DNA of 21,208 bases from Priapulus caudatus (GCF_000485595.1 NW_014577075.1:711311-732518), one strand, 5' to 3'. Numbered from the stretch's first letter, positions 12,291 to 20,973 are shown. Made by a program: numbers and translations. The notes: generated by a model not told the origin, from the letters alone.

Positions 12291-13108
12291 AAGAAGAAAG
12301 AGACAGGAATTTCGACCTAACGCAGCGTGAATACTCCATGGTCAATCGCAAGTAATTGCGCCGCTAAGTAAGCCGCAAGCATAGCTGGCTGTTTCGGCAC
12401 TACACCAGCAGGGGGTCATGACATCAAACATAAACATCAAAGTCTATAAGCGGAAACGCTGCCCTTCCTGCGTTTAAGGAAGGCGGTCGGGAAGGTTCCA
12501 CAACTAGTCACCGAAAATAACCGGAGGTATTCAGGACTCCCTCGTTATCGTCTGTCTCTGTATTTGTTCTGGCGTAGGGAAGCCCTCACAGCTTGTATAG
12601 ACCCGCGCTCTAGACGTTCCGTCACGAGCGGCTTCGTTCGCATCAAGTCGACGCGCAACAGTCTAACCGAATCGGATTTGTCACGTTCCGGCAGACGGAC
12701 TCTGTGTATGTGTAATACGGAAAAGAAAGCAAACATCAAATGAAATGCGTTTGCAATCGATAGGATACTAGGCTAGAGTTACCGCCGTTTGTGGCTTTAG
12801 CGGTTATATCGGAACCGGCATAATCTCGCTCCCGGCTAAGCAAGAATGCGTCAAATGATGTGCGGACGGACCGGCGGGCGCGGGTTAGCCCCTTAACGAC
12901 AGCTGTCGACATGTTTCATAACATCGGCTTACCTACCGAGCACGCGGACCATCATGTCATTACCCTGCGAGCGAAAGTTACGCTGATCATGCACCCGTCT
13001 CGTACGAGGAAGGTGAATTTGTTTACTATGTTTAAAGGCCAGTGACATTGACGAATAAAGACACTCGAAACGCGTCTTGCAATTACTCGATACAGTTTAT
13101 TCAGCTCA
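12291..13108. repeat. ~818-bp interspersed segment, copy C
   Basis: Offset 8747 from copy B; bounded by (GCAC)n on the left and (ACAAC)n on the right; outer flanks differ from copy B. Confidence 0.92.
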
Positions 13109-13220
13109 CAACACAACACAACACAACACAACACAACACAACACAACACAACACAACACAACACAACACAACACAACACAACACAACACAACACAACACA
13201 CACACGCACGCACACACACA
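13108..13220. repeat. (ACAAC)n pentanucleotide microsatellite grading into (CA)n
   Basis: About 18 perfect units directly visible. Confidence 0.95.
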
Positions 13221-13260
13221 TTCACTCTCGTTTTCTCGTCTTTATTTATCACGACGAACA

Positions 13261-13429
13261 TTTAATGCCCGGCGCACACGTGAGTTATTTTACTCAAGTA
13301 AAATGACGCATGAGTCAAAAATTATCAAACACGTTTGATATTGAGTAAAATGCGCCGCAAACGTGAGTAAAATGACTCATGCGTCATTTTACTTGAGTAA
13401 AATAACTCTCGTGTGCGCCGGGCATTAAA
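13261..13429. mobile_element. MITE (non-autonomous DNA transposon) with 57-bp inverted arms
   Basis: 13261-13317 and 13373-13429 are reverse complements with one mismatch; ends read tTTAA-tgcccggcgcacac...gtgtgcgccgggca-TTAAa; repeated GAGTAAAAT sub-motifs. Confidence 0.75.
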
Positions 13430-13714
13430 CGAATAGGCAGCTGCAACTGCTGTAGCAATGTTACACGGCAAGCTGCGATCAAAAATACTATGTACGCTTG
13501 ATGTATTTCCATAATAATGCTGCCCAAATATTAGCCCGACCAGGCTCTGCGACTGTTTCACGTCGCCACGCAGTGAGAAGCGAGAAGGTAACTTGTGGCT
13601 ACCCAAATATGTCTCCGTTATAAGGCCGTAAAATATTAAAATAACCTGTAAAACACATAAGCGATAAAATACTACACGAGAAGTTATTGCAAGCATCATA
13701 CGAAAATAAAACAT

Positions 13715-13720
13715 AAAAAA
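13715..13720 (-). terminator. RNA polymerase III terminator (T6) of tRNA-Val
   Basis: AAAAAA on the + strand gives TTTTTT 4 nt downstream of the tRNA 3' end. Confidence 0.75.
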
Positions 13721-13724
13721 TTTA

Positions 13725-13797
13725 TGTTCCTGCCAGGGCTCGAACCTGAGACCTTTCGCGTGTAAAGCGAACGTGATAACCACTACACTACAGGAAC
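13725..13797 (-). tRNA. trnV-TAC: tRNA-Val (anticodon TAC)
   Basis: Reverse complement GTTCCTGTAGTGTAGTGGTTATCACGTTCGCTTTACACGCGAAAGGTCTCAGGTTCGAGCCCTGGCAGGAACA, 73 nt: acceptor stem GTTCCTG/CAGGAAC, anticodon arm TTCGC-TTTACAC-GCGAA, T arm TCAGG-TTCGAGC-CCTGG, intact A and B boxes, no encoded CCA. Confidence 0.96.
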
Positions 13798-14231
13798 AGT
13801 CCGTCAGAAAACCGTAGCGTAGGCATACGTGGAGCTGCTGCAATGAACGCTAAGCAGTACATGCATCACGTAGTCAGCGTGTTGTCACAGATAAGTAAGC
13901 AATGGTATCAGAAGATATACGTGGTCGAATCACCTGAGCCCTCACTGGCAAAAGTTTTTATGTGCAATCTTCTTCGCATCCTTAGGGGATTATGTCTTAT
14001 ATCCTAGTTCTTCTATATGTAAGTTTAGCTTCTATGACTCAGGCAGGATCGACATTCGATCGCGAGAGCGATGATAAGAAATTAGATTGCATCCCACGCC
14101 TATCGGAAATGACGATCCGGTAATAAGATAAAATCAAGAGCTAATAATAAGGTAGTATACTTAGCTCTTGATGAAGTAAATAACGAAATTCGGGTCAAGC
14201 ATCATGTACCACACCGGTTTTATGGCAAAGC

Positions 14232-14350
14232 TAGGTTAGGATTAAGGTTAGGTTCGGACTGGGGTTAGGTTCTATAGTTTAGGTTTATGTTTTAGATTTA
14301 GGTTAGGATTAGGTTAGGGATTTTATGGTAATTATATAGAGTTAGGGTTG
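14232..14350 (+). repeat. Degenerate telomere-like (TTAGG/TTAGGG) tract
   Basis: Multiple TTAGG, TTAGGG and variant units, e.g. taggttaggattaaggttaggtt and ttaggttaggattaggttaggga. Confidence 0.75.
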
Positions 14351-14379
14351 ACTGATATTAATATCATTATGTATAAATA

Positions 14380-14898
14380 GGTATTATATATATATATATA
14401 TTATATATATAATTTTATTATATATATACTTATTCAGCACCATAACACTATCTTATGCATCTATTACTGTAGCATATATCTATCAATCTATCTATTCTAT
14501 CTATCTATCTATCTATCATATCTTTATCTATCTATCTATCTATCTAATCTACTATTCTTTAATCTTCTATCTATCTATCTATCTCATCTATCTATCTATA
14601 CTATCTATCTATCTATCGTATCTATCTATCTATCATATCTATCTTATCTATCTTTTCTATCTATCTATCATATCTATCTATCTATCTGCTCTATCTATCT
14701 TATCTATATATATATATATATAAATATATATATATATACTGTATTCTAGCTATATAGCTAGACATAGCTTAGCTAGCTAAACTATCTATCTATCTATTCT
14801 ATCTATACTATCTATCTATCTATCTATCTATTCTATCTATCTTATTTTATCTATAATATATTTATATATATATATATATAATAAATATATATATAAAA
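14380..14898. repeat. Compound imperfect (TA)n/(TATC)n microsatellite
   Basis: Alternating blocks of TA and TATC units with many single-base indels. Confidence 0.92.
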
Positions 14899-15588
14899 CT
14901 ATTTAGAACGCTACCAAACTGAGGACGATGATGCACGTGAACGATTGGCGAACATCAGTGCCCTTGAGCCTTGCTGCCAGACATGACGACCGATGGTCTG
15001 CTCGATATACCTCTCGATTGTTTATAATTTTAGTCCGTGCAATATCAAAACAACTTCTCCTGTAATATATGCGCTCCTTTGTTGAAGAATCCGCCGATGC
15101 CCGTCACACGTCCGATGTATCAAAGCAGCTGCTTAGCGACTTGTGCGTTCGTCATCACTCCACCCTCTCTCACTACATGCTAAAATCTATCGGAAGATGA
15201 TGCACGCACGCTCTAACTCACTCACTCCTCTCATCTCTCTTCTCTCTTCCGCCGTTTCCGCCACAGATGCAGTTCTTTCGTTTCGCTTATCATGGTGGAA
15301 TCGCCGTAGCAACTTTATTACAAAGTAATGCACGATACGCGGATAACGGACACGGCTCAGGGCGAGCGCGGCCGCGTACCACTACGGCGCAGCTGTCAGG
15401 GCAGACCGTCGAATGAGCTGCGAGCGACGTCTTGCCATATGTTGAGTGTGCTTCCTCGCCGGAATGCCGGAGCCTATTCGGTCTGCGTTGCCTGCCAATA
15501 GTCTGCGTCGCCACCCTCTTATCTCGCAGACGCATCGCCTCAGGCGCGAGGCGTCTGTCCCCTCCCTTAGTGATCGCCTGAACCGTAT

Positions 15589-15715
15589 GGAGCTGGCTCG
15601 TTACCAAGGCTTCATTGTAGCGGGGCTGACCTGTCGTAGGAGCTGGCTCGTTACCAAGGCTTCATTGTAGCGGGGCTGACCTGTCGTAGGAGCTGGCTCG
15701 TTACCAGGGCTTCAT
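15589..15715 (+). repeat. 50-bp tandem repeat (2 identical units plus a partial third)
   Basis: Unit ggagctggctcgttaccaaggcttcattgtagcggggctgacctgtcgta starts at 15589, 15639 and (partial, one substitution) 15689. Confidence 0.92.
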
Positions 15716-15952
15716 GCGGCGGGCCTGCCGTAGAAACTGCCCTGTCGTGGGGATTTCCTGTTGTGTGTGTGGGGGGGGGGCCTACCGTGAGGATGGACCT
15801 GCCGTGAAGGCGGCCGCGGGTCATATTGGTTCCTTGAGAATTGTCGCGTATTAGCGGCTACATGAGTCGTGCCGCCTTAATGTTTACCCGCCACACTAGT
15901 GGATATCCGTTACAGGATATATTATAGGGTCATAGGTGGGTATTCGGAGAAT

Positions 15953-16030
15953 TCCCGCTTGCTCATGGTGTGAGCGAGGCGATACTGATGGAGCGGACAT
16001 GCCCGTGAGGTCCGGGTTCGATGTGTGGTC
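15953..16030 (+). mobile_element. Degenerate tRNA-like head (possible SINE 5' end or tRNA pseudogene)
   Basis: D-arm-like GCTC-ATGGTGT-GAGC with A-box-like TTGCTCATGG, and B-box context GAGGTCCGGGTTCGAT; no proper acceptor or anticodon stem. Confidence 0.4.
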
Positions 16031-16188
16031 TCGATTATTGAAGATTAAATTAATATGAACCGTGCATCCTAGTGTAAAACTGCAGGAAGACGGAGCGTCC
16101 TTCCTCTTAGTATTAAATTTCCTCTCCGTCTTCCTGCAGTTTTACACTAGGATGCACGGTTCATATTAATTTAATCTTCAATAATCGA
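16031..16188. repeat. Perfect 65-bp inverted repeat with 28-nt spacer
   Basis: 16031-16095 is the exact reverse complement of 16124-16188. Confidence 0.95.
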
Positions 16189-16266
16189 CTGGGGGTACAG
16201 CACAGCACAGTGCCTGTTATTAACGTGTGAATCCAGAAAATTCGCCTTATACTATATACTTACATA

Positions 16267-16347
16267 TGTGTCTGTGTGTTTCTGTGCGCGCGTGCGTGTG
16301 TGCGTGCGCGCGTGCGTGTGTGCGTGCGCGCGCGCGTGTGTATGTGT
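16267..16347. repeat. (GT)n/(GC)n mixed microsatellite
   Basis: Alternating purine-pyrimidine tract, directly visible. Confidence 0.85.
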
Positions 16348-17006
16348 CGCATAGTATGTTGTATGAGTAATATGGTGAGAGCAGGAACTGGACAGAGCGT
16401 GCATGTCCGAGATGAACTGCTATCATAACAGTAGTCACCGCGACCCGATCACTAGGAGACAACTGTCGCCATCTACATGTGAAACAGCGCACGAACGGCA
16501 GCAAATGAGCGCGATGGTAAGGACGTGTGATTATTTTCGGCGGGTACAAACAGGATGCGAAACGTGGAGAGAGAAAGAGAGAGAAAGAGAGAACGAGAGA
16601 GGCAGCAAGTGATAGGCATTGCTTCGCTACACTCGTCTGCATTACGGCGCTTACTGTAGCGTCTGAAAATGTCGACCTGGCTCGGTGACCAGCTTGCGAT
16701 GCGCAGCCAAGCGGTTCCCGATTCAAATCGGTCATTGCGCCCACAGGAGGAACTGGTTATGCACGCCGTTTCGCCGCCAGATGACGCGTGGGCTAAGAGG
16801 AGCGCATGAATAAACCACGTACCGAGGAAAAGACGACGGTTTACACATGCGACGTCGCACGACTGACAGGAGAGGAGGTGTGTGTACGTATTTCCAGGTG
16901 TTAGTCGGTCTCTGCACGTGACAATGCAGTCCACCAGGCTGCTATATTTGTTGTGTATGAAATAGCCGAGATTTCGTAACACAGACTGTGATAATACAAT
17001 AGAGAT

Positions 17007-17034
17007 ATGCATGGGAATACCTATCGTCTGTTCC
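17007..17034 (+). CDS. Probable short first coding exon of the fucosyltransferase (MHGNTYRLF + C)
   Basis: ATG at 17007, 9 codons plus 1 nt, then consensus donor GTAAGT at 17035-17040. Phase 1 matches the acceptor at 17748. Joined product starts MHGNTYRLFRKRAFYVAV..., 330 aa, with a short basic cytoplasmic tail before the TM helix. Inferred, no transcript evidence. Confidence 0.55.
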
Positions 17035-17337
17035 GTAAGTTCTACGCTAAATTGTTTTGTATGCATCGCGCTAATATTATAAGCAGGGTCTTAGATTTTT
17101 GTCGTGATAACTGCATTTTATTCATTGTGGTTAATCTCAATATTTGTTACCTAATAAACAGATATGCTATACTGTCACGGAGGAAATGATGTGCTAAGCT
17201 GTACTATCGCGAGGTCGGCTTATTAGAGCACGCTATCATTGTGGTTGCCCCGCTGGCGCGTGTTTGATTAACCTCTGTCTCTTCTTCCGTCATATCGTGC
17301 CTGGTAGATGGCAGCACTGACTAAATAGTTGCTCTCG

Positions 17338-17401
17338 TGTATGTATGTATGTATATTATATATATATATATATATATNNNNNNNNNNNNNNNNNNNNNNN
17401 N

Positions 17402-17439
<38 letters not shown>
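17338..17439. repeat. (TA)n microsatellite with assembly gap (N at 17378-17401), inside the inferred fucosyltransferase intron
   Basis: Directly visible. Confidence 0.93.
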
Positions 17440-17443
<4 letters not shown>

Positions 17444-17748
17444 GGCTTGTACGCATCGCATACACCGCAATATATTTCAATTATACTATTCACATTCATA
17501 TTCAAATATATTCCATACGGCTACACGTAGTAATCTGTTGTACTGTAACTCTCACACCGCGCGGCAATATGAAAAGTTGACGGCAACTAATGAACTAATA
17601 AATTGCACGCCTGTAACTATTTTATTCCTTCGATGCGTCAAATTAGTAATGTAAAATAATTAACCAGTAGTTATCGTGCCGTTTCTCTCGCTTATCGGCG
17701 CTTCATAAAACGAATAACGTCGTCGATTGTCGGCTTTTATTATTACAG

Positions 17749-18713
17749 GGAAGAGAGCTTTCTATGTCGCTGTCGCTGCGACACTATTCCTTGTCGCCGC
17801 TCTCAACTACATCTCAGCGGGATCGGAGCGCCACCTGGTGCCGAATGAGGTGCACGCCGGCGACGAGGCGGCGGCAGCGGCCGAGCCCGTGTATATATCC
17901 GTATCGTCGACGATGGGTGGCCTGGGTAACAGGATGTGGGAGTATGCATCTATGTACGGCCTCGCTCTCACCAACAACATGACGCCTGCCATTGAGCGCG
18001 ACTCGTTCCTCACCGACCAGTTCGCGCAGCTGACTGCCGTGCGCCTCGAAGCTAGTGAGATCTCAGCCTTCAAGCAGGTCTACTTCGACCACTGCTGCAA
18101 GTACTACGGCTCGCTGTGCAACCTCGTGCGAGCGAACACGACTGTCGGCTCGTTCCTGCAGTCGTACAAGTACTTCAACGCGCATGCCGACGTCGTTCGT
18201 CGGCAGTTCGTCTTTGACCGACGCACGCGCGCAGCCGCCGCGCGCGCCGTCAAGCGGGCCGCGCGCGCCGACGGTATCGTCGTCGTCGCCGACGCCGGAA
18301 GCCGCGTGCGCGTCGGCGTGCACGTGCGGCGCGGAGATTTCGCGCTGTACTCTGACGACGGGTTTCGCGTCGCCGACGACGGCTACATCCGCCGCGCGAT
18401 GGATCACTTGCGTCGGCGACACCCGCACGCGCTCTTCGTCGTCGTCAGCGAGGACGTGGCCTGGTGTCGCGAGCACGTCGCGCAGCTCGGCGACGTCGTC
18501 TTCGTCGGCACCGACGACCCGCTCGTCGACATGTGCGCGCTCAGCGACTGCGATCACGTGATCATGACCGTCGGCACATTCGGCTGGTGGGCGGGCTTCC
18601 TGTCTGGCGGTGACGTCATCTATTTCGCGCAGCCGACGTGGCCGGGCTCGATGTATGACAATGAGCTGATTGTTGAGGATTACTACCGGCCAGAGTGGAT
18701 CGGTATGGAGTAG
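17749..18713 (+). CDS. Alpha-1,2-fucosyltransferase (glycosyltransferase family 11, FUT1/FUT2-like galactoside 2-alpha-L-fucosyltransferase), main and terminal coding exon
   Basis: Long GC-rich ORF with GT11 motifs GGLGNRMWEYASMYGLA, VGVHVRRGDF (HxRRxD GDP-fucose binding), FVVVSED and DMCALSDCDHVIMTVGTFGWWAGFLSGG. N-terminal hydrophobic anchor (AFYVAVAATLFLVAALNY) after KR fits a type II Golgi protein. The ORF-track start at 17727 is a TTG, not an ATG; acceptor ttttattattacAG ends at 17748 (phase 1); TAG at 18711-18713. Confidence 0.93.
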
Positions 18714-18932
18714 GCGCCACCTAGTGACAGCAATTATCGATAGCAAGTTCCTGACTAACGTCAGGTAATCGCAGCCTCTGTCGCCAGCATTGGTGTGAGT
18801 CTATCGGAGCGGGCTATTCATTTACCGTGATATTCATTGTTTGTGTGTGTGTGTGTGTTCACGCGCGCGCATTTGGGATATTGTGTGGCGGGGGGAATTG
18901 CCTAGTTTATGTCACTGAATATTTATGAAAAT

Positions 18933-18938
18933 AATAAA
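18933..18938 (+). promoter_or_regulatory. Candidate polyadenylation signal of the fucosyltransferase gene
   Basis: AATAAA about 220 nt after the stop codon in an AT-rich context, followed by GT-containing sequence. Confidence 0.45.
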
Positions 18939-19003
18939 CTATTACAATTATTCACAAAAGTTGACGGTGTCGTTCAATATTCCGTGAATTGTATTACATG
19001 GTG

Positions 19004-19045
19004 TCAAGAGTAGATAATAACACATGTGTTATTATTTACTCTTGA
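19004..19045. repeat. 42-bp spacerless near-perfect palindrome
   Basis: tcaagagtagataataacaca|tgtgttattatttactcttga, one mismatch. Confidence 0.88.
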
Positions 19046-19464
19046 TGGTGTGGGTGGGTGCGTGCCGATGAACGGATTATATGATTATCAACGGAAGTGC
19101 GCGTGTCTAGGCTACACTCCGAAATTATATCAGCATTCTTCCAAGGCCCATTAAGATTGGCTAAAAGTAGTAGACGTACACGTCACCACTTCGGGCAATT
19201 ATGGATTATGCAGAAACCGAGTGCGTGCATGCTTTCCATCGCTTACTGTAAAAGCGAGCCTGGGCGGAAGTGCAACCGATCATGTATCATGACCGCAAGA
19301 TTACAGAAGGTAGACGCGTCATATGCGCGACTATATGAGCCTGAAACTCATTCAGCCGCTCGATGCATCAATTCAACGTATATCACATGACCTATATATT
19401 ATCGCGGAAATACATATTGAATACGTTTACACATGCATTATTCAGGAACACATTTACCTGCGCT

Positions 19465-19756
19465 GTGTGCTGTTTGTGTCTTGCGTCGCTTTGCGTTGTG
19501 TTCCATCGCATTATGAATTGTGTTTTCACGTGTTATGTCGCTTTGTGTTGTGTTAACTTGTGTTACAACGATTCGTGTTTTGTTATCCTGTTTTGCGTCG
19601 TTTTGCATTGTGTTATCTTATCATGCGTTGCGTCGCTTTGTATTATTGTAACTTGTGTAATTGTAACTTGTGTTATTGTAACTTGTGTTATTGTAACTTG
19701 TGTTGCATCGTTTTGTGCCGCATGTGTATTGCCGTGATAAGTTGTGTTGTGTTTTG
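19465..19756. repeat. Decayed TG-rich pentamer repeat containing four 15-bp units (ttgtaacttgtgtta) at 19646-19704
   Basis: 5-nt periodic TTGTG/TGTTG-like units; 15-mer starts at 19646, 19661, 19676, 19691. Confidence 0.85.
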
Positions 19757-20648
19757 ACATACACGTAGTCGATATACAATGGCTCATTGTCTGCTTGGTC
19801 GCTTCAGTCTCCTGAGGACACAATAACGAAACAGAAGGTCGTAAAACTGGCGTGTAAGGACAGACGAATTGTTAGCGAAATTCATAGCGAGCACGAATAC
19901 GGTCTCAAAAATACTCTCTGCCATTGTAGATTGAAGGTAAATGTGTCAATGTCACTGAGCGCAGCTTATGAACAGTTTTTCACAGCCACCATACAAACGA
20001 ACATTTTTCGTATTTTTCCGCGCTACTGTTGCGTAGCCGGTACCCTACATAAACCTTACGTTCTGTGGCTATTGTCACTGCGGTCGTGCATGTGCGCGCA
20101 GTAAACCAATGTTGCCTAACCGAGGGGGCAGAACCAGTTTAATTCACCCGCAGTGCAGAAGGCAGATAATTATATATATGCGTGTGTGTACGTGCGCGCG
20201 CGCGTGTGTGTGTGGTGCAAAGTTCACAGTAGTGCATTATTGTCACGTGTACACTTGTGCGGTGCAAGTGTACAAATACTGATACGGCGTGATACGGCTT
20301 GATAGATGGATCGCGCGATCGGTAAGAACACGTTCTTTATCGCGCTGGCGACTCTCCAGCGGATCCACCATCGCACTACCACTCGCCAGCGACGTACAGA
20401 CAGCTAAGCTACGTCAACCAAACGACTGCGACCTCGTACAGCGATATACGTGCTTTAACCCATCTGCAGCTCGCGCGGCGGCCATGTAGGCAGAGCGCCT
20501 CTATTCACCTGCAGCGCGTGTTACTGGTGCATCACGTCTTTTCTCGCCAGCGCGTCCGATAGGTGCAGAAGGTAGCAGCGGCTGCTGCGCGACTCGTCTG
20601 ACACGACGTCAGTGACATTTGTGTGCCGACCGCGTACGGAACAGCAGG

Positions 20649-20950
20649 ATGGAGGCGGTGACGGCGATGCTACGAAACTCGTCGCTACGCGACGGCGACG
20701 CGTCGAAGCTGCTGCAGCAGCAGCAGGAGCGCATCGCGTCGCTCGAGAGACTCGTCGTTGACAGGGACCTAGAGATTGAGCGTCTGCGCTCGCAGCTCGA
20801 CAAGTACCAATCGGTGTTCACTCCCGGCGCGCCGGTGAAGAGGCCGCCGCGCAAGACACGCGGCGTCGGCATCTCGGCCGAGCCGACGTCGGCCAGCACC
20901 GTGCATGACATGGTGAATACCGAGTACCGAACATTTCCGAAGGAAAAGAG
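20649..20950 (+). CDS. PRKG1: cGMP-dependent protein kinase (PKG I / foraging / egl-4 type), first coding exon: leucine-zipper dimerisation and autoinhibitory region; gene continues beyond the window
   Basis: Translation MEAVTAMLRN...LLQQQQERIASLERLVVDRDLEIERLRSQLDKYQSVF...PRKTRGVGISAEP...EYRTFPKEKR shows the heptad zipper, LDKYQSV and the GISAEP pseudosubstrate typical of PKG I N-termini. ATG in good Kozak context (aggATGg), in-frame TGA upstream at 20613-20615, donor AG|GTAGGG at 20950/20951 (phase 2). Confidence 0.9.
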
Positions 20951-20973
20951 GTAGGGAGGGTCTCTCACTGTCC

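Noticed and set aside
11854..13338. C/V/R/A-rich, H/T-rich and TTQHN-repeat ORFs
   Set aside because: Translations of microsatellites.
13325..13843. 172-aa minus-strand ORF
   Set aside because: Runs through the tRNA gene and the MITE; no protein-family signal.
15589..15715. CRISPR-like array
   Set aside because: Head-to-tail units with no unique spacers, no cas genes, eukaryotic context.
17727..17748. ORF-track start of the fucosyltransferase at a TTG
   Set aside because: Falls in a pyrimidine tract ending in an AG acceptor; better explained as intron.
17749..18713. Bacterial contamination or recent horizontal transfer of the GT11 gene
   Set aside because: Type II TM anchor, splice acceptor, poly(A) signal and eukaryotic flanks fit a native animal gene; only a phylogeny could reopen this.
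18055..18746. Long overlapping ORFs (168 aa +, 227 aa -) inside the fucosyltransferase
   Set aside because: Shadow ORFs of a GC-rich coding exon; no independent protein features.
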